Source: a virus
Lineage: Duplodnaviria > Caudoviricetes
Reading direction: 5' to 3' (one strand)
Length of the DNA stretch: 52,687 nt
IMG/VR virus record: IMGVR_UViG_3300033067_001777
Coordinates: 1 to 52,687 of that record
Shown here: positions 39,913 to 48,605 of the stretch, piece after piece
Numbering within the stretch: position 1 is the first letter of the stretch
Layout of the letters: every line of letters begins with the position of its first letter
Program-made: the position numbers and the translations under genes
The notes under the pieces: generated by a model
The model's input: the letters and a program-made list of their open reading frames with translations, nothing else
Databases searched by the model: none
Told to the model about the DNA's origin: nothing

Positions 39913-40024
39913 GATGTGCTTTCGGGGTCGGCGTATTGATCTTCCATGATTGAAGTGACGGCCTCCGTCGCCGCGCTGTGATGAGCGACTGCGCGCGACA
40001 GCAGGCAGATGGAGACGGGGACGC

Positions 40025-40255
40025 TCATTCCTCTCTTGTTTGAAATTCCGGCCAGTCGCAGGGGGCGGTCGTCGCCCATGAAATAAATTCGGTGAGGCGT
40101 GGCGAAGTTGGGACCAGCCATCCGGCGCACGCCGTTTCCTCCGACCACAAATGGTACAGCCTGCGGAGCGCAGCGTCCGACAAGCCATTGAGCCGCGAGT
40201 TGCAGGTGCGGATGGCGGTGATGGTTTCAGACTCATGCTGTTTCATGGCGCTCAT
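40025..40255 (-). CDS. hypothetical protein
   Basis: 76-aa ORF in the leftward operon. Confidence 0.5.
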   Translation of the reverse strand: MSAMKQHESETITAIRTCNSRLNGLSDAALRRLYHLWSEETACAGWLVPTSPRLTEFISWATTAPCDWPEFQTREE

Positions 40256-40265
40256 TCCGGTCTGA

Positions 40266-40538
40266 TCATTTAATGAGTTTGAAACGGGCCTTGTCCGTGT
40301 CGCTCATGGCGTTCCAGGTGTCGGGGTGGCAGGCGAAGAAATGCAACGGCACGGTGCTGTCGGGAAAGGTCAGCTGATTACCGATGGCCTCTCTCTCATC
40401 ATACGCTCGGGCCTGAGCCTGAGCGCCGCACCACGCCACGCGCTCCATAAGCAGTGGTTCACCGCCTTCCGTCATGAGCGGCAGCGTTTCGTCGAGTTGC
40501 ATGATCATGGTTTTGAAAAGTTGCCGATGCCGATCCAT
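40266..40538 (-). CDS. hypothetical protein
   Basis: Small ORF in the leftward operon. Confidence 0.5.
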   Translation of the reverse strand: MDRHRQLFKTMIMQLDETLPLMTEGGEPLLMERVAWCGAQAQARAYDEREAIGNQLTFPDSTVPLHFFACHPDTWNAMSDTDKARFKLIK

Positions 40539-40777
40539 GTGATGTCGTGTTCTGCCTTCACGCGGAGTCCGAGGTGTTTGCAGGCGGCCCTTTCCAAAAC
40601 GGTTAATGGGCGCACCAGCCGCATTTCATAGCCGTGCGTCTTGGCCTTTGGATGCAAGGCCATGTGCTGATTGAGACGACGCGGCAGTTCGCCCAGCAAG
40701 GCTCGCAAATCCGGCGCAACACGAATCGAGGCGATGTCCTTGTCCCATGCGCGAAACAGTTGGTCGGTGAATTTCAT
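40505..40777 (-). CDS. hypothetical protein
   Basis: 90-aa ORF in the leftward operon. Confidence 0.5.
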   Translation of the reverse strand: MKFTDQLFRAWDKDIASIRVAPDLRALLGELPRRLNQHMALHPKAKTHGYEMRLVRPLTVLERAACKHLGLRVKAEHDITWIGIGNFSKP

Positions 40778-40780
40778 GGC

Positions 40781-41023
40781 TCAGCCGAATGCGGCGCGAT
40801 GAAGTTTCTCAAGGTCTTCGTGAAGCGAGCGGCTGCGCGCGAGGAAGGTGCGGGATCCTTCCGGTGTGTTTTCGGCGCGGCCGATGGCGATCTTGAGCGC
40901 GTGGAGCAGCGTCAGACAATCCTCGTCGTTGAGCAGCGCGGCGACCTTGGATTTGTCGTCGAGGGCTGTGAGCAGCTTGTTCTCGATGACCTGTCGTGGA
41001 ACGTGTTGGGTGGTGGCGATCAT
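40781..41023 (-). CDS. hypothetical protein
   Basis: Start MIATT after GGAG. Confidence 0.5.
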   Translation of the reverse strand: MIATTQHVPRQVIENKLLTALDDKSKVAALLNDEDCLTLLHALKIAIGRAENTPEGSRTFLARSRSLHEDLEKLHRAAFG

Positions 41024-41220
41024 GATGCCTCTCCTCCACTCCCAGTCTCCGCGTCTCCTCTTCTTTTGTCCCCCTCGGAGGCGGCCCATCTGCCGACGGA
41101 TGAGTGGCCTTTGTTCTTCGCCGACTTCTTGAGCCAGCGCCAACCCTTCCGCGTGGTGCGTACGCTGCGGGTGACGGTGGGCGTCTTCTTCGGCTGGCCT
41201 GGGCCTTTGCGTTTCTTCAT
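41020..41220 (-). CDS. small basic protein
   Basis: MKKRKGPGQPKK..., fills the gap between coupled genes. Confidence 0.4.
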   Translation of the reverse strand: MKKRKGPGQPKKTPTVTRSVRTTRKGWRWLKKSAKNKGHSSVGRWAASEGDKRRGDAETGSGGEAS

Positions 41221-41221
41221 G

Positions 41222-42217
41222 TCAGCTGCAGATGATGGGTTTCCCTTCGCGGTCAAAGGCTCCGTTTTGGGTGAGCAAGCCATGGTCGATGGCGTCGATG
41301 ATGGCCTTTTTCGAGTTCACTAATTTCTCGTAGTGGCTCTCAAAGTAGTACGTCTCGCCGGGTTTGGGTGGAGTCTCGGGATAGGTGGGCAGGCAGGAGG
41401 CCACGAGGACGAGGTGTGGCACCTCGGCGCGGTGACTCAGACACCGGTAGCGCGGGTCTGGCGTGAGCAGGAGCCATGAATCGAGATCGCAGCGCGGGCT
41501 GTAACATCCGTAGATGCTGACGCCCTTGTGGCGGAACACCAGCCACTCGTGCCATGTCCGCGCGCGGATGCGGATGGAGTAAATCTCTTCGAGCCGACGG
41601 ATGTCGGAGACGCGGTGATGGTCCGACGGATTCCAGAAGTGCGGGGTTTCCAGGTCACGCAGAATATCGGGGTGGGCCATGAGCGCCTTGCGCGTGCGGC
41701 GTTTCTCGATGTGCCAGTGATAGGCACTCCACCAGCCGCGTGACTGCTTCGGTTCGTATTGGAAATGCTTCTTCCAGATCCGCTCGTAGCGCGGCGCGCA
41801 CGTCTTGCAGATGTGGCCCGAAACATCGAAGTCACAATCACGTTTGGGCAGGCGGTCAATCCAACACACATCCGTCGCGTGCATGTGGCTGCTGCCGATC
41901 AGCGGAATGGACAGGAACGGTTGGTTGAGAATGCGGAAGATGCCCGGCGGCCGGCTTGGTGGGGCCAGCTCACGTTTGACAACGATGAAGCCCGAGAGCG
42001 CGGAGGGCATCACATCGGTGTCGCCACAGAGCTGGCAGGTGTGCGTTTTGGCATCGTAGCAATCGGCGCACACATCGCCGTCGTAATCCTCGTGCCAGTA
42101 AGCATCGCCGGATTCAGGATCATCAATGGTGCCGCCGCAGGAGGCGCACTCGATGGAGGTGGATTCTTCGTCCTCTTCGGCCTCTTCGGCGGCGGGTGGT
42201 TCAAGGGTGGTGTTCAT
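41222..42217 (-). CDS. zinc-finger-containing hypothetical protein
   Basis: CASC, CADC, CQLC, CKTC pairs. Confidence 0.65.
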   Translation of the reverse strand: MNTTLEPPAAEEAEEDEESTSIECASCGGTIDDPESGDAYWHEDYDGDVCADCYDAKTHTCQLCGDTDVMPSALSGFIVVKRELAPPSRPPGIFRILNQPFLSIPLIGSSHMHATDVCWIDRLPKRDCDFDVSGHICKTCAPRYERIWKKHFQYEPKQSRGWWSAYHWHIEKRRTRKALMAHPDILRDLETPHFWNPSDHHRVSDIRRLEEIYSIRIRARTWHEWLVFRHKGVSIYGCYSPRCDLDSWLLLTPDPRYRCLSHRAEVPHLVLVASCLPTYPETPPKPGETYYFESHYEKLVNSKKAIIDAIDHGLLTQNGAFDREGKPIICS

Positions 42218-42702
42218 GGCTTCCTGGTTTGAGGTTGAAGGTCAGGCGTGCCGCGTTTCACGATCCAGCCGCTGTTTTTTTGCCGGGGGTGGCGGAGCTT
42301 CTCGCCGGTGAAGGCTTTGCCTTTCGCGTGTGACTTGTCGGCCATAGCCGCGAGGCGGTGCATTTCGAGTCGGAGGGCGGTCTTGCTCATGGGGTTGGGG
42401 TGGGTAGGGACGCCCTGCGTGGCGTCCGTGTTGTTGGCGTTCGGAGTGAGTTGTGCTCTGGCCCAGCAAAGTGCTCTGACAGCGTTGCCTGCGATCTGGT
42501 GGTTCACGCACGCGCGCTGCCAGAACACCCCCGCGGGCACGGGATGCGTGCGCGGAATGCCGTGCTGCCAGAGAGGGCCACGGCAGCCGTAGCTAAAGAG
42601 TTCGTGCCGACGGATGGCGCGCTTGTGCTTGGTGATGCGCGCCGATTCTTTGGCGCGTTTGATCACGTGATCCAGCTCCTGTAATTTGGCGGTGAGTTTC
42701 AT
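42214..42702 (-). CDS. hypothetical protein (possibly two fused ORFs)
   Basis: MKLTAKLQELD start overlapping the upstream stop; internal ATG at 42390 just after a REP element. Confidence 0.4.
   Translation of the reverse strand: MKLTAKLQELDHVIKRAKESARITKHKRAIRRHELFSYGCRGPLWQHGIPRTHPVPAGVFWQRACVNHQIAGNAVRALCWARAQLTPNANNTDATQGVPTHPNPMSKTALRLEMHRLAAMADKSHAKGKAFTGEKLRHPRQKNSGWIVKRGTPDLQPQTRKP
42404..42427 (+). repeat. GTAG-family REP palindrome
   Basis: GTAG-GGACGCC-CTGCGT-GGCGTCC. Confidence 0.65.
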
Positions 42703-43061
42703 TTGAGAGCCATCAAAATTTCGGTGAGGCGGTTGGCGAGGGAAACGTCGATGTGGAAGTGGCGTCCGTTCTCGTCGTCGATGTCGCGGGCGAGCTGAAC
42801 GAGATCGGCCAGTGGCGCTGGCAGTTCGTGCTCGTCGTAGGCGTAGTAGTTGCTGCCGTTCATCTCGCCTTCTCTCCATTCCTCATAAACAACCTCCCAC
42901 GCTTCGGATTCAAACTCCGCGTGCTCGAGGGCGATGGCTGCCTTCGGTTGGTGGCTGGCACGAACGCTGCCGATGATCGCGGCTTTCAGGGCCGCGCGTG
43001 AGGTGAGGATGATCGTCGTCATCCCGGTGTCGATGTCAGTGGTCCAGGTGTGGAGAGTCAT
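42699..43061 (-). CDS. hypothetical protein
   Basis: 120-aa acidic ORF, coupled at both ends. Confidence 0.6.
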   Translation of the reverse strand: MTLHTWTTDIDTGMTTIILTSRAALKAAIIGSVRASHQPKAAIALEHAEFESEAWEVVYEEWREGEMNGSNYYAYDEHELPAPLADLVQLARDIDDENGRHFHIDVSLANRLTEILMALK

Positions 43062-43444
43062 GGTGCTTCGGGGTTGAGGATTTGGCGCTCTGCCTCAATG
43101 GCTTCCATCATTGCGGCTCGTTTTGATCCGTAGTGGCCGTTGGCCTCATGGCGCAGGAGATCAAGGCAGCGTTGCGCCTGGGCTTTGAGCGTGTCGCGCT
43201 CGGTCTTGTGGCAGGGCTCCCAGAATCCATCCTTGTAGGCAAGGCGGAGGTCTTCCAGTTGCTCCTCGTCGATGTCCTCCTTCTCGATGCCCTGCTCCTT
43301 GAGCAGGTGGTCGGTGGCGTCGCAGGCGGTTTCGTGCAGGGCTTCGTAGATCCGTGAGTTCTCGTCCGTCTCGCCGCGCTTGGCGAGTTCGGCCTTGAGC
43401 GTGGTGAACCGCGTTTCTTCAAGCGGGTGGGTTCCTTTTTTCAT
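43058..43444 (-). CDS. hypothetical protein
   Basis: First gene of the leftward early operon, after an AT-rich leader. Confidence 0.6.
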   Translation of the reverse strand: MKKGTHPLEETRFTTLKAELAKRGETDENSRIYEALHETACDATDHLLKEQGIEKEDIDEEQLEDLRLAYKDGFWEPCHKTERDTLKAQAQRCLDLLRHEANGHYGSKRAAMMEAIEAERQILNPEAP

Positions 43445-43564
43445 GCGCGCCGAGCATCGCACACGCACGGAATACTTGCAACACAATTATTCAAATGATA
43501 AACGATTGTCAGTGATTTGAACGGAGGAGGGGCGGAAGACTGGGAGAGAGGGGACGGAACCGGA

Positions 43565-43588
43565 CCACGCCCTTGCGGGCGCGGCTAC
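43565..43588 (-). repeat. GTAG-family REP palindrome
   Basis: Minus strand GTAG-CCGCGCCC-GCAA-GGGCGTGG directly after the stop of 43589-44506. Confidence 0.65.
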
Positions 43589-44506
43589 TTACTTGCGCAG
43601 GGCGCTGTTGATGCGCGACAGTTGCAGGTTGGTTTCCATCGCGTTGAAGTCGCGCCTGGCGGCGTTCAGGTCGTCCATTGCGCGGTCTCGCGGATCGCGC
43701 TGGATCGTGATGGTGGTGTGTTGCGGTGGCTGTGAGGCGGTGCTTGTAATGCGTCCGGCCTTGGTGGCATCCATCTGTGCTTTGCGCTTCTCGTATTGAT
43801 CGAAGGTGGAGACGTAGCGGTCGGTGGGTTTGGATGAGGCCGCCGGTCTGCCGTTGGCGGCTGCCACGCCGCGCTGATAGGCGGCATCGATCTGAGATTG
43901 GAGATCGCCTTTGATTTTGGCTGCGCATTCGTTCCAGCCGCGTGTGTATTCATCGGTGCCGGTGAGTGCGTTGATGTAAGTCAGCAGTCGTGCGCGCTCC
44001 TGTTTGGCGGCGCTGAGCTGGATGGTGAGGGTGGTTATTTGTTCGGAGACTGGGTCCGTGGTGGCGGCCGGTTGCATGGCCTTGATGCGGTTCAGCGCCT
44101 CGGTATAAATGATCTCGGGGGCCGTGTCGGGATCGTTCATCCTGGCGTCTTTCCCAGCCTGCCATTGGTTGGCGATGCCGACGGCGACCATTGACAGCGT
44201 GCTGCCGGGATCGTGCGCGCCGAAGTCTTTGAGCTTTTCCTCGGTGGCGGCGCAGGCTTTAACCCAGCGCTCGTGGTATTGGCGGTCGGCCTCGGTTTCT
44301 GGCTGCTCTGGCGCTGACTGGGCTTTTTTCAGCGCGGCGATTTCATCTTCCATCTCCACCCGTTTCTTGGCGGCGATGTTGCGGAAGTCGGCGAGATCTT
44401 TTTCCAGGCGGGCAATGGTCTGGTCTTTGTCTTCGGCACGGGCCGCCGGTGGGGCGGTGGAGAGAATGAACAACAGGCAGGCACACAGGGATGGCAGCGT
44501 TTTCAT
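43589..44506 (-). CDS. secreted coiled-coil protein (lysogen-expressed candidate)
   Basis: Signal peptide MKTLPSLCACLLFILSTAPPAARA; downstream of the repressor-side gene. Confidence 0.65.
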   Translation of the reverse strand: MKTLPSLCACLLFILSTAPPAARAEDKDQTIARLEKDLADFRNIAAKKRVEMEDEIAALKKAQSAPEQPETEADRQYHERWVKACAATEEKLKDFGAHDPGSTLSMVAVGIANQWQAGKDARMNDPDTAPEIIYTEALNRIKAMQPAATTDPVSEQITTLTIQLSAAKQERARLLTYINALTGTDEYTRGWNECAAKIKGDLQSQIDAAYQRGVAAANGRPAASSKPTDRYVSTFDQYEKRKAQMDATKAGRITSTASQPPQHTTITIQRDPRDRAMDDLNAARRDFNAMETNLQLSRINSALRK

Positions 44507-44541
44507 GGTGATGCGAATGGTGAGGTTAAATCAAGCGGGAA

Positions 44542-44799
44542 TCAAGGTTTGTTTTTGGGCTTCTTTTTGCCGTCATAGTGGATGTGTTTGTTGATGACGG
44601 GTGGCGGTGGCGCCGATTGCGCGGATTCATGAAGCTGCATCCGGTCGGCCAGGGCGCTTTCCATAAATTTGGAGAATGAGACTTTCTGGAGGGCTGCCTG
44701 TTCCTCCGCCCATGCGGCTACCTCAGCGTCTAGCGAGAGTGATTTGATCGTCTTGCCGTCGGCTTGGCGACCGTAAGACCGTGGTTTTTTCGGGTTCAT
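44542..44799 (-). CDS. ribbon-helix-helix regulator (repressor-like)
   Basis: TIKSLSLDAEVAAWAEEQAALQKVSFSKFMESAL. Confidence 0.75.
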   Translation of the reverse strand: MNPKKPRSYGRQADGKTIKSLSLDAEVAAWAEEQAALQKVSFSKFMESALADRMQLHESAQSAPPPPVINKHIHYDGKKKPKNKP

Positions 44800-44905
44800 C
44801 GCTGGTTATTAAACATCATTTTTGGCCGGGGTCAAAATAAGTTTATTAAACACCTTGACGGTTTAATAAATTTTCGTTATCCTCGATTTGTTTAATAAAA
44901 AAATA
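44800..44905. promoter_or_regulatory. divergent promoter/operator switch region
   Basis: Rightward TTGACG(44855)-17-TATCCT; leftward TTGACC-16-TTTAAT; four TTATTAAAC/GTTTAATAA boxes. Confidence 0.75.
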
Positions 44906-45118
44906 ATGATAACCACAGCAACATTCAAACGCAAGACGGTGAGCCTCGATGCAGATATTGCCGCCAAACTCGAAACACAGGCCACCGCTGATGGCAGGTC
45001 GGTTTCCAATCTTGTGAACCACTGGCTCCGACAATTGATGGAGAGGAAGCCGCCCCACGCCGCCCTCCTGCGCCGGAAGTCCCCGGCCCGGCCGAAGTCC
45101 GCCACCCGCGCTGCCTGA
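44906..45118 (+). CDS. ribbon-helix-helix regulator (Arc/CopG-like, cro position)
   Basis: RKTVSLDADIAAKLETQATADGRSVSNLVNHWLRQ. Confidence 0.8.
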   Translation: MITTATFKRKTVSLDADIAAKLETQATADGRSVSNLVNHWLRQLMERKPPHAALLRRKSPARPKSATRAA

Positions 45119-45121
45119 GAG

Positions 45122-45313
45122 ATGAAACTCTCCAGACTCATGCTTGCACCTTTCATCTGTCGTCACGTCCTGGGTCTGCCGCGCACGGCGCGGAATGTGG
45201 CCCGGGCCCGCTTGTTTTTGCAGGCTGGGTTGCAGTGTGCCTTTGCCTTTGCCGTGGGCGGCGTGTGCTGGCTGCTGCTGTATCCGCTGATCGCGCTCGC
45301 TTTTGCTCTCTGA
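45122..45313 (+). CDS. small membrane protein
   Basis: Hydrophobic C-terminus. Confidence 0.45.
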   Translation: MKLSRLMLAPFICRHVLGLPRTARNVARARLFLQAGLQCAFAFAVGGVCWLLLYPLIALAFAL

Positions 45314-45318
45314 ACGCC

Positions 45319-45486
45319 ATGCCCACGCTCTTCTCCCATCTGAACGACGAAGCGGAGTCTCAGCCCTCGCGCTGGTGGCCGGTGGTGATGTTTTTCATCG
45401 GCCTCGGGACGTGCGCCGGGTACTGCGGGACGTGGTGGCTGATCATGCGGGCCTTCGCCGCGCACAACGGGGAGGTAGCACCATGA
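45319..45486 (+). CDS. small membrane protein
   Basis: One TM segment; coupled to the next gene. Confidence 0.45.
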   Translation: MPTLFSHLNDEAESQPSRWWPVVMFFIGLGTCAGYCGTWWLIMRAFAAHNGEVAP

Positions 45487-45791
45487 AGACAAGGAGAAAG
45501 GGAGTGGTGGAAAAAAGGAGTGGTGGAAAGCCAAAGGCGCGCAAGCGCTACACGCGCACGGTGGCGATGACAGCGCGGCAGTGCGGCTGGGATGGTGTGC
45601 GGAATGTGACGCTGCGGGAACTCTGCCTGCTGGCCGGTGTGGGGTATGACCAGCTCCGGCTCGACCGTGTGGAGCACGGGCTGCTGGGCGAGCCGCTGCC
45701 AAAGAAATCCGGCGTCCGCACGCCGATCTGGGGAGCCACCGCCGCCAAGCGCTACCTGAGAAACAAGAACCCGGAGGCTTTGGATTTTTGA
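45483..45791 (+). CDS. basic HTH protein (excisionase-like candidate)
   Basis: VTLRELCLLAGVGYDQLR...W pattern; GGAGG RBS. Confidence 0.5.
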   Translation: MKTRRKGVVEKRSGGKPKARKRYTRTVAMTARQCGWDGVRNVTLRELCLLAGVGYDQLRLDRVEHGLLGEPLPKKSGVRTPIWGATAAKRYLRNKNPEALDF

Positions 45792-45904
45792 TTTATTCCA
45801 TTTTCACCGGCTGCCGCATGACGCGGCGGTCGGGAAACGACAACGAACCCGGAGGCAGGCCCACACCTGCCTCTACAAACACAAAAGCACAAAGCATCAA
45901 GATC

Positions 45905-46225
45905 ATGTCCTATCAGAAACTCATCGCCCTCATCAGCAATGCCATCGCCACCCTGAAAACGGATGCCTCCGACAAGCAGGAAATCCGCCGTCTCAAGCTG
46001 GAAAACGAAACCCTGCACGCGGAACTGGCGGAAGCCAAGGCCGAATGCCCCACCGCCGATGAGCAGGCGCAGCTCGCCGGTATGCTTGCCGACTTTGCCG
46101 CCGCTACGAGCCTCAATGTGAGCGGCGCGGATGCGGAGTCGGAGAAAGAAGAGGCTGCGCAGCCTCCGACCACGGAACCTCCGACCACGGAGGAGGAAAC
46201 CGGCGCGCCCACGCCTGCGGCATAA
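45905..46225 (+). CDS. coiled-coil hypothetical protein
   Basis: MSYQKL start, acidic PPTTE repeats. Confidence 0.55.
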   Translation: MSYQKLIALISNAIATLKTDASDKQEIRRLKLENETLHAELAEAKAECPTADEQAQLAGMLADFAAATSLNVSGADAESEKEEAAQPPTTEPPTTEEETGAPTPAA

Positions 46226-46373
46226 ACCCCTTGCCACGCCTCGGTTCCGGTTGGCCGAACTGGCTGGAGGGCGCGGGAGACATGGCAGGCGGCGATCCGC
46301 AAAACGGAAGCCGCCTGCCTGCTTCAAAACTGAATCTCAAATCTCAATCTGAATCCGAAACTATCCGAATCCC

Positions 46374-46793
46374 ATGAAATCAACATCGAACTCCAACGCT
46401 AAAAAGACAGACCTCGACATTCAGCAGAACACGAACGGTGAGGTGCCGGTGCCGGAAAGCCTGAGCGCAAAGATCCAGGTCTATGACGGCGGGCCGTTGG
46501 TCATGCTGACCTTCATCCCGCGCTACAAGGTGCCCGGTTGGAAGCTGAGTTTCATGCTGAGCATCCCGGACCTGCCAGACCTGCTGCTGCGGGAGTTTGA
46601 CACACTGGTCGGCCAGATCGGCGAGGACATCCACGAGTTTGAAGGCGCGGGCTGGGACAAGGTGCTCGTCATCAGCGGAGAGGCAAGCTGGTCACAGACT
46701 GAGAAGATCGAAGCCGCCGAGCACAAGGGCCTGCCCCTGCCTCCTCCGGTGATGGCCGCCGGGATGCCGGCGGATTCCGCGAAGCGCTACTAA
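46374..46793 (+). CDS. hypothetical protein
   Basis: 139-aa ORF. Confidence 0.6.
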   Translation: MKSTSNSNAKKTDLDIQQNTNGEVPVPESLSAKIQVYDGGPLVMLTFIPRYKVPGWKLSFMLSIPDLPDLLLREFDTLVGQIGEDIHEFEGAGWDKVLVISGEASWSQTEKIEAAEHKGLPLPPPVMAAGMPADSAKRY

Positions 46794-46928
46794 GCGCGCC
46801 TAATTTCCGCCGGTTGCATTTGGGAGATGCTGCCGGCGGGGAGCAAACCTCCCGTCCGCATGGGGTGTAGCGCATAGCTCATCCCGGCGGGCGGGGGACT
46901 TCTTCCAAAACTGACAAACCCAAAAGGA

Positions 46929-47345
46929 ATGAGTGCGATTTTATCGAGTGACGCGAGTACAGCGACCAAGGGCGGCAGCGTTGAAACGGTTCCCAGTTTG
47001 CCGGCGGCCGAGATCCGCAACGGGCTGGAACTGCGCTGTGCCGTGGGCAGGGCGCTGCTGCTGTGCGCAGATGATGACAAGGTGCAGAAGGTCTGGTATG
47101 AACTGCGCCCGGAAGACCGTGACGATCTGATGGAGGAAGCGGCGGCGGCGTGCATGGTCATCGCCCAACGGGTGGTGCTGCCGCGCATCGAGCGTTGCCT
47201 GAAAAATGCCAACACCGGCAATGAATCCGCGATGGTGCTGGCGATCTGCCACGAGAGCGTGCTGCAAACCCTGACCGGCATGAACGCCGCCGAGGCACAT
47301 GACTGGGTGCTAAAGCATGGAACGCTGAACCGGACTGAAGCATGA
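46929..47345 (+). CDS. hypothetical protein
   Basis: 138-aa ORF. Confidence 0.55.
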   Translation: MSAILSSDASTATKGGSVETVPSLPAAEIRNGLELRCAVGRALLLCADDDKVQKVWYELRPEDRDDLMEEAAAACMVIAQRVVLPRIERCLKNANTGNESAMVLAICHESVLQTLTGMNAAEAHDWVLKHGTLNRTEA

Positions 47346-47866
47346 AAACGACCCTCAATCCCACGCTGGTGCGCCGATTCGGCAAGACGGCGGCAAAAAA
47401 GACCGGAACGCGGGCCCGCTGTCGCGCGAGTCTGCCAAGCTGCCCATCGGAGCACGAGGAGCAGAAGGCGCTCATCATCTGGGTCACGGCGCAAATAGGC
47501 CGTGGTAGATCAGAGTTGGCGCTGCTCTATGCCATCCCGAACGGGGCGTTTTTTGGCGATGACAGCAAGACGCTGAAAAATGGAAAGAAGCTGCCGATGG
47601 GAGTGATTCGGGGCCGGCGCATGGCAGCGGAGGGGCTGAAGGAAGGTGTGCCTGATCTTTGTCTGCCCGTTCCCCGAGGCGGACATCTGAGCCTCTACAT
47701 CGAAATGAAGCGCCGCAAGGGCGGCGTGGTGAGCGCGAAACAAAAATGGTGGCATGATCAGCTCCGCGGCCAAGGTCACGCCGTGATCGTGCCAGAAGGC
47801 TGTGAGCAGGCCATCGTACTGATTCAAGCCTACCTCAACGGCAGGGAGAAGGAGGATGGGTTGTGA
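47342..47866 (+). CDS. VRR-NUC family nuclease (resolvase-like)
   Basis: EHEEQ, YAIPNG, GVPDL, YIEMKRRKGG..S.KQ. Confidence 0.88.
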   Translation: MKTTLNPTLVRRFGKTAAKKTGTRARCRASLPSCPSEHEEQKALIIWVTAQIGRGRSELALLYAIPNGAFFGDDSKTLKNGKKLPMGVIRGRRMAAEGLKEGVPDLCLPVPRGGHLSLYIEMKRRKGGVVSAKQKWWHDQLRGQGHAVIVPEGCEQAIVLIQAYLNGREKEDGL

Positions 47867-48282
47867 TAGGCACCTTCACCACCGCCGGCGAAATGGTCAT
47901 GGAATCTTGCTGCAAATGCGGTGTTCCCTTTGCCATGACACGGGACTTTTACGAGGCGCGCAGACGTGATGGAGGCTCGTTTCACTGTCCGGTCGGGCAC
48001 GCCCAGCATTACACAGAGACGACCGAGAGCCGGCTGCGCAAGCAACTGGATGCAGCCGAGCGGTCGGCCAAATGGAAGCAGGAGGATCTGGAGCACACTC
48101 GCACCCAGCTCAAACACGAGCAATGGAAGACGCGCGCCGAGCGGGCCGCCAAGACCAAACTCAAGCGCCGCGTGATTGCAGGTGCTTGCCCCTGCTGCCA
48201 GCGCACGTTTGCCAATGTAGCCGAGCACATGAGGACGATGCACCCCGAGGCTGTGGAGGCGGCATTACTCAAAACCGAATGA
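47863..48282 (+). CDS. zinc-binding coiled-coil protein
   Basis: CCKCG, CPVGH, CPCC...HMRTMH. Confidence 0.7.
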   Translation: MIGTFTTAGEMVMESCCKCGVPFAMTRDFYEARRRDGGSFHCPVGHAQHYTETTESRLRKQLDAAERSAKWKQEDLEHTRTQLKHEQWKTRAERAAKTKLKRRVIAGACPCCQRTFANVAEHMRTMHPEAVEAALLKTE

Positions 48283-48605
48283 GTGCCGTGCTCGACATGC
48301 CCGAACTGCCGTTTGCGGCCACGCTGGAGGATGCGTTCATGCGTTTCCATGCGCAGAATCCGCAGGTGTATGACTTCCTCACAGCCAGGGTGCGTGAGTG
48401 GAAGGAGGGCGGGCACGATCACGGCAGCATCCGCATGTTCTGGGAGCTGGCACGCTACGAGTTTTGCAAAACGGTGAAACGGGACTCGAAATTCAAGCTG
48501 AACAACAACCACCACGCCTTTTACTCGCGTCTCATCATGCAGCGCGAGGCGGATCTGGCGGGGTTCTTTGAAACACGCGACCACGCGGAAACCTCATGCG
48601 AGTGA
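48279..48605 (+). CDS. conserved phage hypothetical protein
   Basis: FHAQNPQVY...FKLNNNHHAFYSR...FFETR. Confidence 0.65.
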   Translation: MSAVLDMPELPFAATLEDAFMRFHAQNPQVYDFLTARVREWKEGGHDHGSIRMFWELARYEFCKTVKRDSKFKLNNNHHAFYSRLIMQREADLAGFFETRDHAETSCE

